This document shows, one piece after another, positions 47,522-56,633 of a DNA stretch of 64,000 bases; the first letter of the stretch is position 1, and each line of letters starts with the position of its first letter. A model generated the notes under the pieces. That model was not told the DNA's origin and did not search any database. It saw only the letters and a program-made list of their open reading frames with translations. Origin of the DNA: an uncultured bacterium (GTDB lineage Bacteria; Oederibacteriota; Oederibacteriia; Oederibacteriales; Oederibacteriaceae); contig OZ218778.1 of the NCBI GenBank assembly GCA_965112635.1, positions 2,016,001 to 2,080,000 of the forward strand. The letters run 5' to 3'. Position numbers and translations under genes: made by a program.

Positions 47522-49231
47522 ATGATGAACTTTCTGCGGCAATTTTATAATCAAATGTTGTCAGTCTGGAATAGACTGAGCACCCCCCAAAAAGTGATCG
47601 TTACGGTCATTCCGTTAGTTGCAGTTGGGGCGATAATTTTTCTTATTGTTTGGCTCTCCCATCCAGGTTATGCCATCCTATATTCCAATCTATCGTCCCA
47701 AGATGCAGGGGCTATCGTTAATAAACTTAAAGAGATGAAGTCCCCCTATGAATTATCTGACCAAGGGGCAGCCATCGCGGTACCCACCAATAACGTTTAT
47801 GAGATAAGGTTGCAACTGGCGAGCCAAGGTTTGCCCCAAGAGGGAGGGGTTGGTTTTGAGATATTTGACCGCAGTTCGCTGATGCCTCCGACCGATTTTG
47901 TCCAGAAGTTGAATTACCAAAGGGCATTGCAGGGGGAACTCGCGCGGACCATTATGAGTTTAGAGGCCGTTAAAAGAGCCAGGGTCCACTTGGTCATTCC
48001 TCAGCCAGAACTATATACCGACAAAGAGAAAGACACCACAGCTTCAGTCGTGGTTGAGTTGCGGCCTGAAACAAAATTGAATCTTGAGCAGATCAAAGGC
48101 ATCATCCATCTTGTTTCCAGCAGCGTCGAAGGCTTAAAACAAGAGAATGTCACGGTTGTTGATGTCACGGGGACGGTCCTCTCCGACTATGTCAAAGATG
48201 AACTTATAGCTGAGCAAAACCCGCTCAAGTCTGGAGCGGGGCAGCTTAAGCTCACTGCGCAGCAAATCGAGATCCAGCAAAGCCTAGAGCACGAATTGGA
48301 GAAAAGAATTCAGTCGATGTTGGAAAGGGTCGTGGGGAACAATAAAGCGACCGTCAGGGTCAGTGCTGTTCTGGATTTCAACACAGTTGAAACCCAGAAG
48401 GAAACCTATGAGCCTGTTTTGGCGAACGGCGGCATTACACGTAGTCAGCAAAAAAAGGAAGAAAAATATGAAGGGGTAGGGAATGTTCCCGGAGGCGTAC
48501 CAGGCATTGAGTCCAATGTGCCCGGTTATCAAGCCGTAACCTATGGAAATGCCCGTTATTCGAAGAGTGAGGAAATCAATAACTATGAAATTAACAAGAG
48601 ATTGGATCATATTGTAAATCTTCCAGGCAGCATCAAAAGGCTTTCGGTTGGTGTCATTGTTGACAATTTGCAACCGCAGCAAGTAGATGCAATCAAAGCG
48701 GCTGTTATTGCGGCGGCTGGTCTGGATCTTGCCAGGGGCGATAATATAGCCGTGGAAAATATGGCCTATAACACGTCAGAAGTGGACAAGGTTCAGAGAG
48801 AGTGGAACCAGGAAAAGAAAGAAGAGTTCTGGTTCGCTGTTAGCAAGATTGCCGTCCTATTTTTATTGGCAATTTTCACCCTTTTCTTTGTCAGAATGAT
48901 CCTTAAGCCTAGGGAGATCAGGCATCCTTATCCATTAATTCCGAAGGAAATATTGCCTCAAAAGGAACCGTTTTTCATTCGTTTGAAGGATGGGTTCATT
49001 GCATTTTTAAAGAAGTTCAAGCGAAAGAAAAAAGAGGAGCCAAAGATTGAAGAAGAGGAAACCATTGCTACAATAGAAGAGATACGGCCTATCGAGGAAG
49101 TGGTTTTAGAAAAGACCTCGCTGGAACAACAGCGCAAAGAACAGATCAAGCAGAAATTGATCACTACTGCGCAAGAGAACCCAGATGTCATTGCCCAGGT
49201 CATCAAGGGCTGGATGTCCGAAGAAAAATAG
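47522..49231 (+). CDS. fliF: MS-ring protein
   Basis: GFEIFD, RALQGEL, ARVHL, ASV. Confidence 0.96.
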   Translation: MMNFLRQFYNQMLSVWNRLSTPQKVIVTVIPLVAVGAIIFLIVWLSHPGYAILYSNLSSQDAGAIVNKLKEMKSPYELSDQGAAIAVPTNNVYEIRLQLASQGLPQEGGVGFEIFDRSSLMPPTDFVQKLNYQRALQGELARTIMSLEAVKRARVHLVIPQPELYTDKEKDTTASVVVELRPETKLNLEQIKGIIHLVSSSVEGLKQENVTVVDVTGTVLSDYVKDELIAEQNPLKSGAGQLKLTAQQIEIQQSLEHELEKRIQSMLERVVGNNKATVRVSAVLDFNTVETQKETYEPVLANGGITRSQQKKEEKYEGVGNVPGGVPGIESNVPGYQAVTYGNARYSKSEEINNYEINKRLDHIVNLPGSIKRLSVGVIVDNLQPQQVDAIKAAVIAAAGLDLARGDNIAVENMAYNTSEVDKVQREWNQEKKEEFWFAVSKIAVLFLLAIFTLFFVRMILKPREIRHPYPLIPKEILPQKEPFFIRLKDGFIAFLKKFKRKKKEEPKIEEEETIATIEEIRPIEEVVLEKTSLEQQRKEQIKQKLITTAQENPDVIAQVIKGWMSEEK

Positions 49232-49240
49232 GAGACAGGA

Positions 49241-50263
49241 ATGCCCCAACCTCAAGCAAAAGCTACAGCGTTAACTGGAGAGAAAAAGGCAGCTATGCTG
49301 TTGATCTCCTTGGGCCAAAGACTGGCTGCTGAAGTATATAAAAGACTCTCTGAGGGCCAAGTAGAGCAGGTTACTTTACAGATAGCGAACATTAAAAAGA
49401 TCACCGTGCAAGAGCGAGACCAGGTTTTAGAGGAAGCGTATGAAATAGCAAAGAACAAGGACATTCTTCCCCAGGGCGGACTTGATTATGCCAGAGATAT
49501 TCTTGAGCACGCTTTGGGCAACCATAAAGCGATGGATATTCTGAACCGTCTGCAGGGTTCTCTGCGGGTGACCCCTTTTGATTTTATCAGACACGCTGAT
49601 GCCCAACAGATCATCAACTTTATCCAAAATGAACATCCTCAAACGATTGCATTGATCATCGCCCATTTAAGCCCCGACCAAGCCGCGATGATCTTGGCGG
49701 CCCTTCCCAATGACGTGCAGGTTGAAGTCACGAAGCGTATTGCCATGATGGACCGTGCGACCCCGGATGTCATTATGGAAGTCGAAAGGATCTTAGAACG
49801 CAAAATGTCTTCGGTCTTTACGCAGGAGATCACCCAGGCTGGCGGCGTCAGAGCTGTTGCTGAAATTCTCAACCGAACCGACAGGGGAACTGAAAAAGGC
49901 ATTATGGAGAAATTGGACGAAGAAAATCCGCAGCTCGCCGATGAGGTCAAGAGATTGATGTTCGTGTTCGAAGACATCATTCTCCTGGACGACAGGACTA
50001 TTCAGCAAGTTTTGAGGGAGATCGATACCAAGGACCTCGCCGTGGCCTTAAAAGGCTCAAGCGAAGAAGTCAAAATGAAGATCTTGAAGAATATGTCCTC
50101 AAGAGCGAAAGCGATGATTTTGGAAGATATGGAAGTTATGGGGCCGGTAAGATTGAAACATACAGAGGAAGCGCAGCAGAAAGTTGTAAATGTTATCAGG
50201 CAGCTTGAAGAAGCAGGTGAAATCATCATCGCCCGCGGCGGGGAGGAAGAAGTTTTTGTCTAA
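49241..50263 (+). CDS. fliG: Motor switch protein
   Basis: EHPQTIA, GGV, MFVFED. Confidence 0.97.
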   Translation: MPQPQAKATALTGEKKAAMLLISLGQRLAAEVYKRLSEGQVEQVTLQIANIKKITVQERDQVLEEAYEIAKNKDILPQGGLDYARDILEHALGNHKAMDILNRLQGSLRVTPFDFIRHADAQQIINFIQNEHPQTIALIIAHLSPDQAAMILAALPNDVQVEVTKRIAMMDRATPDVIMEVERILERKMSSVFTQEITQAGGVRAVAEILNRTDRGTEKGIMEKLDEENPQLADEVKRLMFVFEDIILLDDRTIQQVLREIDTKDLAVALKGSSEEVKMKILKNMSSRAKAMILEDMEVMGPVRLKHTEEAQQKVVNVIRQLEEAGEIIIARGGEEEVFV

Positions 50264-51146
50264 GGTTGAATTTGCCAAAAGCATCCTTGTAAAAAGAAAT
50301 TATTTTTACCAGAAAGAAGCTTTTTTTTTGCAAAATATGATGTGGGAGAGGCTGAAGGCTGCTGCTCTCAGCGGTGAAATGTCCTCTGATTCTGAAGATG
50401 GGGCCGCAATCACCGAGAAAGACCAAGAAGTTGCCCAAATAAGGCGGGCAAAAGATATCTTCCGTGAAGCCACAGAGAAATCAGCTCAAATAATAGAGGA
50501 AGCAAAAGGCGAAACCCAAAAGATCATTAAAAAAGCATTAGCCGATAGCCAATCCCAAGCTGAACAAATCACAGCCGAAGCTGAAGCAAAAGCACAAAAA
50601 TTCATTGCGGAGTCAGAAAAGCAGGGCAAAGATATCAGAGAAAGCGCCTATGGGAAAGGTTACGAAGAAGGTTTTTTAAAGGGCATCAAAGAGGGCAGTT
50701 TTCAGGGTGAGTCCAAGGGTTTTGAAAAATGGCAAGATTGCATTAATCGCTGGGAAGAGGCCTTAAAGGGTATTTTGGCGCAGAAAGAGATCTTTCTAAA
50801 GCAATCCGAGTCGTCCCTATTTGAATTGGCGATCGCCATTGCTGAAAAAGTCATTGCAGGGTCTGTTCCATTGGACAAGAAGATCATTCTAAGGCAGGTC
50901 CAAGAGGCCATAAAACAGTCCATAGACAAAGAGTGGGTACTGGTGAGGGTGAACAGCGAAGATTTTGAAACCCTTAAAAAAGCACGCACAGACCTCGTGG
51001 AAAAAAGCGGGATACAAAAGATCGAAATTATAGAGGATGATTCCATTGGGGCTGGTGGGTGCATTATTGAGACGCCGTCAGGCAATATCGATTCGCGTCT
51101 TACCGAACAAATGAATGCAGTTGTCAAAGAATTGAGAGAGGTTTAG
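50256..51146 (+). CDS. fliH: Flagellar export protein
   Basis: GxxxG repeats, GGCIIET; TTG start overlapping the fliG stop. Confidence 0.88.
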   Translation: MSKVEFAKSILVKRNYFYQKEAFFLQNMMWERLKAAALSGEMSSDSEDGAAITEKDQEVAQIRRAKDIFREATEKSAQIIEEAKGETQKIIKKALADSQSQAEQITAEAEAKAQKFIAESEKQGKDIRESAYGKGYEEGFLKGIKEGSFQGESKGFEKWQDCINRWEEALKGILAQKEIFLKQSESSLFELAIAIAEKVIAGSVPLDKKIILRQVQEAIKQSIDKEWVLVRVNSEDFETLKKARTDLVEKSGIQKIEIIEDDSIGAGGCIIETPSGNIDSRLTEQMNAVVKELREV

Positions 51147-51148
51147 TC

Positions 51149-52504
51149 ATCAAAGATATCACTCCTAGATTTTCAAAATATCATGAAAAGTTAACCGAAG
51201 TAAAACTCAGACAACTCCATGGTAAGGTCGAAGATTTAATTGGTATTGTTATCGAGGGTGTAGGGCCGAAGACTTTTATCGGAGAAATTTGCGATATTTG
51301 CTCTCCTCTCGACGGGCAGCGAGTCAAGGCTGAGGTAGTAGGTTTCAAGGGCAACAGAATGGTCCTCATGCCTTTGGGAGAAATGAGAGGTATTTCTCCG
51401 GGTAGCGAGATCATCCCCACCGGAAGTCCATTTGAGGTAGTTGTCGGCGATGATTTATTAGGCAGAGTCATTGACGGACTAGGAAACCCTTTAGATGACA
51501 AAGGACCCATCAGGGGCCAGTCCACTTATCCTGTCCACCAGTTTCCCTCTCATCCCTATAGCAGGCAGCGTATCCATGAGATCCTTGTCACTGGGGTACG
51601 CGCGATCGATGGTTTGTTGACATGTGGGCAGGGCCAGAGGATCGGTATATTTTCCGGCAGTGGTGTTGGAAAAAGCACGCTGCTAGGTATGATCGGAAGA
51701 TATACTGAAGCTGATGTCAATGTTATTGCACTAGTCGGTGAGAGAGGCAGGGAAGTCAGGGATTTTATTGAGAAGGACCTTGGCGAAGCCGGGCTGAAAA
51801 GATCCGTGGTGGTGGCGGCCACCTCTGACCAACCCCCGCTGGTCAGAGTGCAGGGCGCTTTTGTTGCAACCGCCATTGCAGAATATTTTAGAGATCAAGG
51901 GAAAAAGGTCATTTTAATGATGGATTCTGTCACACGTCTGGCGATGGCCCAAAGAGAGATAGGCCTGGCGATAGGTGAGCCACCCGCAACAAAAGGATAT
52001 ACCCCTTCTGTATTTTCAATGTTACCCAGATTGCTAGAACGAGCGGGTACTACTTCACACCAAGGCAATATTACGGGAATTTATACTGTTCTGGTCGAGG
52101 CGGATGATATCAATGAGCCAATCTCAGACGCGGTGCGTGCTATTTTGGATGGTCATATAGTTCTATCCAGGGAGTTGGCCTCCCAGAATCATTATCCCCC
52201 TATTGATATCCTCGAAAGCATCAGCAGGCTCATGAACGACCTAGTTCCGAAGTACCACAAGAATATCGCGGGGCAGATCCGGGAATATTTGGCTGTTTAT
52301 AAAAACGCGAGGGATTTGATAAATATCGGGGCCTATGTCTCTGGCAGCAACCCCAAAATTGATGCTGCTTTGCATTATGTGAATACAATAGAATCGTTTT
52401 TGAAACAGGCTGTTGAAGAAAAGTCTTCATTCCAAGAAACCATAGATGGGATGGGGAAATTGTTCGTTTCGGCCCCTTCTGACCAAAAACAACCTGCTTT
52501 ATAA
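51149..52504 (+). CDS. fliI: Flagellar export ATPase (frame open upstream of 51359; non-canonical start)
   Basis: GSGVGKS, GERGRE, DSVTR; N-terminal GKVEDLIGIVIEGVGP in frame. Confidence 0.94.
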   Translation: MKDITPRFSKYHEKLTEVKLRQLHGKVEDLIGIVIEGVGPKTFIGEICDICSPLDGQRVKAEVVGFKGNRMVLMPLGEMRGISPGSEIIPTGSPFEVVVGDDLLGRVIDGLGNPLDDKGPIRGQSTYPVHQFPSHPYSRQRIHEILVTGVRAIDGLLTCGQGQRIGIFSGSGVGKSTLLGMIGRYTEADVNVIALVGERGREVRDFIEKDLGEAGLKRSVVVAATSDQPPLVRVQGAFVATAIAEYFRDQGKKVILMMDSVTRLAMAQREIGLAIGEPPATKGYTPSVFSMLPRLLERAGTTSHQGNITGIYTVLVEADDINEPISDAVRAILDGHIVLSRELASQNHYPPIDILESISRLMNDLVPKYHKNIAGQIREYLAVYKNARDLINIGAYVSGSNPKIDAALHYVNTIESFLKQAVEEKSSFQETIDGMGKLFVSAPSDQKQPAL

Positions 52505-52531
52505 ACTCAAAAATCGGGGTATTGAGCATAA

Positions 52532-52978
52532 TTGAAAAAATTTAGCTTTTCATTACAGCCTGTCTTGGATTATCGGAAAACTATCGAAGAAGCCTTAAAA
52601 AGGGAGTTTTCTGCCTCCCAATCAGTTTTGCAAGAGGATATGCGTCATCTCGAGGTTTTGGTTGATAAAAAGGATGATTGTCAAGACGAGTTGGCCAAGA
52701 AAAGAACTAAAGATATGGGAATACAGGAATTAAGCGAATATCAAAATTATCTGGATCTGATAATGCAGAATATTAGGGGACAAAAAGTTAAAATACAGGC
52801 AGATTTAAAGGAAATAGACGAAAAGAGGACCCAACTAACAGAAGCTTCAAAGAAAAAGAAGGTTTTAGAGCGTCTGAGAGAAAAACACCTGTTATTGTTT
52901 ATGAAAACACTGGATAAGTGGGAACAGCATTTTCTCGATGAAATCTCGAGAAATCGGTATATTAGCGAAAAGCTTTGA
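52532..52978 (+). CDS. fliJ: Flagellar export protein
   Basis: MKKFSFSLQPVLDYR...EQHFLDE. Confidence 0.92.
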   Translation: MKKFSFSLQPVLDYRKTIEEALKREFSASQSVLQEDMRHLEVLVDKKDDCQDELAKKRTKDMGIQELSEYQNYLDLIMQNIRGQKVKIQADLKEIDEKRTQLTEASKKKKVLERLREKHLLLFMKTLDKWEQHFLDEISRNRYISEKL

Positions 52979-53064
52979 TATTGCTGGGGTTGTAGGATTT
53001 TCAGGGTTAAATTCATTTTATAAAGTTTTTTTCAGGGTATTTCAGAGACTTTTAAGGGGTACCC

Positions 53065-53092
53065 TTGACAAAGCTGGATCTAGGAGTATAAA
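53065..53092 (+). promoter_or_regulatory. Sigma70-type promoter of the fliK operon
   Basis: TTGACA-16-TATAAA. Confidence 0.6.
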
Positions 53093-53115
53093 TAAGAATA
53101 GAAACAGAAAAATTT

Positions 53116-53206
53116 AGGACATAAATGGCTGGACTGCTTAGCAGAAGCCAATGGTTGCTGAATGAATGAAGCAATCAGTTTTATGTCCTCACGTTGCAGG
53201 TGAGGA
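53116..53206 (+). ncRNA. Flagellar leader RNA motif, copy 2
   Basis: P1 AGGACATAAA/TTTATGTCCT encloses TGGCT-GGA-CTGC-TTA-GCAG-A-AGCCA and TGGTTGCT-GAATGAATGA-AGCAATCA. Confidence 0.75.
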
Positions 53207-53366
53207 AAATGAGAGCGGTCAATTTAGATCTCAAAAAAGATTTCCTAACCCACCAAAGTTTTTTTCTTGAAGTTTATCTTTCTCAATTCATGAAGAATAT
53301 ATTTGATGATTGTTTGTTGCTGCCTCATTGTTTTTGTTTGATTCCTGCAGAAGGGAGGCAGATCAA

Positions 53367-55646
53367 ATGATTATCAATCAACCCTCCCAGGCACTACCTA
53401 TCTTGAATTTCCTTGATGGTGCTGGCAATCAATCGCAGCAGGGAACACCTGGTGGCCAGACATTCAGTGATGCTTTCATTGCGGCTAGCCAGGGATTGGC
53501 TGGCCTGCCTATTTCACCCGCCATTCAAAATAGTCCCAACACAATAAATGTCGATCCTGAAAAAATAAACCAGGCTACCATGCAGTTAATAAGCGACGTT
53601 AATTCGATGCCAGTCTCGAATCAAAATCATGCCTGGAATAATGTTCCTGATCAGTTAGTCCAATCCCAAAAATCCAATGAGGTCAATTTATTCGGAAATG
53701 GCTATAATGCCATGACAATAGATAATCTGCAGGTCCAGCAAAACAGTGTTCCCTCCAATCAAGGCGTGATGAGTAACGGCGCACCCTCTTTACCTTACAT
53801 TGATAACGAGAGTGAGGCAAACGGTTCATTTGAGCTTAAGACCCAGGGCGTATTTGGCAGCAACAATATCGTGCCGCAGCAAGGTCAAGAACAGCAGGGT
53901 CTTGTGGTAAGCCAAAAGCAAATGCAGGTGTCCGCTTCAGATTCCATAAAAGAGAATAGCTCTATTGATGCTGCGACAATGTCGCCCGCGAGTGAAAACA
54001 TCCTGGGCAGCCAGATTGATTCAGTGAGCCAGGATATCTTCGCTTCCTCAAATCTAAGTGCATTGACAGATTCCAGCAAAGTTAGTCCAGTTGCTAGTTT
54101 AATTTATGGACACGAACTTGGCTCTCCAGCTGTTTCGCAGTTCTCCGGACCAAGCGCAGATCCTTTATTAAGTACTGCCGGACCCAATATCCAAGTTCAA
54201 CCGCAAGCAGTTGCTTCGCCTGTTCCACTATACCGGGGAGATCAGCCAGTTCTCTATTCAGATAGCGGAAGCATGGGAACATTTGGGACGGAAAATTCGG
54301 TAACTCTTAGCCGGCAAGATAGTGATGGACAAACGAAGGACATGGCTCAACCGACAGCTACCCAATCGAGCATCATGGCGGGAGCTTTGTGGGCCAGTGC
54401 TGTCAATCAGGGAGCCTATTTTATTCCTGAGGCTGAGAGCAATTCTATTGCTACTAATAATGCGACTTCGTCAGAAGCACTTACGAGCAATGCAGCGGGA
54501 GCTGGGTTAAACGTAGTAACTGACGACCAATTGAGTAGCCAAGGTGCCTTAAATAATGACGCTGTGCTGAATGTGAGCAGTACGACGGAAGGTCAAAATT
54601 TGGATTTATCAAATTATCAAGACGTATTTAATCAGGTTACTGGTACGCAAGCGGGAACCGGCTCCCTCAATAATTCACCATCAGAAAAGATGCTTTCTAT
54701 GCAAAGCAGCTACGATATAAATAAGTCGATTGATGATGAGCTGCCGGTTGTTTCAGAGAATGTTTTAGGTGCACCGCAGTCTTCCAATACCCCAGTTATA
54801 CCTGCATCAAATTACGTTGTTGCAGCGAACACCCAGGTTCCCGCAATAAACGCAGTTCTTTCCGGCCAGTTTGGCCAGAATATAGGGGTAGCCAACGCAA
54901 AATCCAATATTGTGGTGCTAAATCAAAATCACGAGGTTCTGCCCGAGACCGTTTCTTCCCTAGATAATAATGGCAACAACTTCGTTCAAAATCCTCAAAA
55001 TACCGGAAATCCCCTTGAATTAAAGGCATTTGTTGGCCTTATGGGCAGTGGCGGCCTGTCAATCTCCGGAGGCAATAATTTTAACGGAAGTAGCAGCTTG
55101 CCGATCATAGCTCCCCAAGTGAAACCGGAGGACCTGCAGATTGGCTTAAACCCCAGCGTTGTGGATTTAGCCAGCAGCCGGCCTGGTAACAGTGATATGA
55201 AAATCCTCCAAAATAATGTGCAGAAATCGGTCAATGATGAGGTATTCAGCCAAATTGTTGAAAAGGCTAACCTTATGATAAATGCAGGAGTCAGTCAGAT
55301 CAATATTGTGCTTAAACCAGAACATTTAGGGACCCTGTTGCTCCAAGTCACTCATACCCAGAATGCTCTTTCCGCCTCAATCCAAACCCCCAATGCTGCG
55401 GTCAGCGATGTCCTTAAGTCCCAGTTGGGAGCTTTAAAGACATCTCTTGCGGCTGAGGGAGTCCATCTGCAAAATTTAAATGTTTTCACGGGGAGCAATT
55501 TTAACCAGAACGGGAACAATGCGGGTAATTGGGAAAGGGCGGATTACCCTAACATTTTGCCGGTTTCATTGAGATCTATTTCTAGCGAAGATAATTATTC
55601 CCTGAACCGTATCGGCAGCGACAGTTTAGTGGATGTTTTTGCTTAA
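53367..55646 (+). CDS. fliK: Hook-length control protein (759 aa)
   Basis: Low-complexity S/N/Q region; C-terminal LKPEHLG...LKTSL..EG; precedes flgD. Confidence 0.88.
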   Translation: MIINQPSQALPILNFLDGAGNQSQQGTPGGQTFSDAFIAASQGLAGLPISPAIQNSPNTINVDPEKINQATMQLISDVNSMPVSNQNHAWNNVPDQLVQSQKSNEVNLFGNGYNAMTIDNLQVQQNSVPSNQGVMSNGAPSLPYIDNESEANGSFELKTQGVFGSNNIVPQQGQEQQGLVVSQKQMQVSASDSIKENSSIDAATMSPASENILGSQIDSVSQDIFASSNLSALTDSSKVSPVASLIYGHELGSPAVSQFSGPSADPLLSTAGPNIQVQPQAVASPVPLYRGDQPVLYSDSGSMGTFGTENSVTLSRQDSDGQTKDMAQPTATQSSIMAGALWASAVNQGAYFIPEAESNSIATNNATSSEALTSNAAGAGLNVVTDDQLSSQGALNNDAVLNVSSTTEGQNLDLSNYQDVFNQVTGTQAGTGSLNNSPSEKMLSMQSSYDINKSIDDELPVVSENVLGAPQSSNTPVIPASNYVVAANTQVPAINAVLSGQFGQNIGVANAKSNIVVLNQNHEVLPETVSSLDNNGNNFVQNPQNTGNPLELKAFVGLMGSGGLSISGGNNFNGSSSLPIIAPQVKPEDLQIGLNPSVVDLASSRPGNSDMKILQNNVQKSVNDEVFSQIVEKANLMINAGVSQINIVLKPEHLGTLLLQVTHTQNALSASIQTPNAAVSDVLKSQLGALKTSLAAEGVHLQNLNVFTGSNFNQNGNNAGNWERADYPNILPVSLRSISSEDNYSLNRIGSDSLVDVFA

Positions 55647-55675
55647 ATATTCTTAATCTTAAGGAGGTGAGTGAG

Positions 55676-56104
55676 ATGTCTACAGGCATTGGCAGTATCT
55701 TGAGCAGTTTGACCAGTAGTGCAAACACCACAAAGGACACTAATGCGTTAGCTTCTGGCCAAGCATTGACCGAGTCTGATTTTCTGAATATGCTGATCAC
55801 AGAGCTGGAGAACCAGGACCCGACCAATCCGGTGGATGATACGCAGATGGCCTCGCAAATGGCCCAATTCAGTTCCCTGGCAGCCATGACCAATATGTCG
55901 ACGACCCTGCAGTCCATGAGCAATTCCGAGTCTTTATACAGCGGAGTGGCGATGATAGGCAAAACTATCGCGGCGACAGACCCCAAGACCGGAGCAGTGA
56001 CCCAGGGAGTCGTCAGCCAAGTCCACATTGACGGCACCGGCAATACGACGCTTTTGGTGGGGAATTCGACCGTACCTTTATCCAATGTAACAACCGTAAT
56101 GTAA
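55676..56104 (+). CDS. flgD: Hook capping protein
   Basis: FLNMLITELENQDPTNP...QMAQFS. Confidence 0.94.
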   Translation: MSTGIGSILSSLTSSANTTKDTNALASGQALTESDFLNMLITELENQDPTNPVDDTQMASQMAQFSSLAAMTNMSTTLQSMSNSESLYSGVAMIGKTIAATDPKTGAVTQGVVSQVHIDGTGNTTLLVGNSTVPLSNVTTVM

Positions 56105-56137
56105 AGAAACATAAACCATTAAAGGAGGTGATATCAG

Positions 56138-56527
56138 GTGGTAGATAGGATCCAGTCCCTAGGACAGACTCAAAACATTCCAGATTTGCTAAAAGACAGA
56201 GCTGTCAAAAAGCCCGCTAATGCTGGACCCTCATTCCAGGATGTTTTCCAAGGTGCGGCGGATAAGACCTCCCCGGTCAAATTTTCCGCGCATGCGCTAC
56301 AAAGGCTGCAAATGAGGAATATCCAGCTCAGCCCCCAGGATCTTTCCAAGATTGATGGGGCAGTCAATAAGGCAGCGAGCAAAGGGGCGCGCGAGTCATT
56401 GTTGGTAATGAACAATAATCTGGCGTTAGTGGTCAGCGTCAAGAACCGCACGGTCATTACGGCTGTGGACGGCCAGAGCATGAAAGACAATGTGTTCACC
56501 AACATTGATAGTGCGGTGATTCTATAA
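56138..56527 (+). CDS. TIGR02530-type flagellar operon protein of unknown function
   Basis: KFSAHALQRLQMRNI...KGARESL...VVSVKNRTVITA...NVFTNIDSAVI; between flgD and flgE. Confidence 0.88.
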   Translation: MVDRIQSLGQTQNIPDLLKDRAVKKPANAGPSFQDVFQGAADKTSPVKFSAHALQRLQMRNIQLSPQDLSKIDGAVNKAASKGARESLLVMNNNLALVVSVKNRTVITAVDGQSMKDNVFTNIDSAVIL

Positions 56528-56547
56528 AGTTAGAAAAATTATGTATT

Positions 56548-56609
56548 GTTCAAGCTGGACCTCGTTGAGGAAGCTTGAATCGGGGAGCCCAATAGTAAAT
56601 TGGGACTCC
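56548..56609 (+). ncRNA. Flagellar leader RNA motif, copy 3 (first hairpin with compensatory changes)
   Basis: TTCAAGCT-GGA-CCTC-GTT-GAGG-A-AGCTTGAA, then a different second hairpin GGAGCCCAAT/ATTGGGACTCC. Confidence 0.7.
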
Positions 56610-56633
56610 AAACTCAAAAGGAGGTTGATCGAT

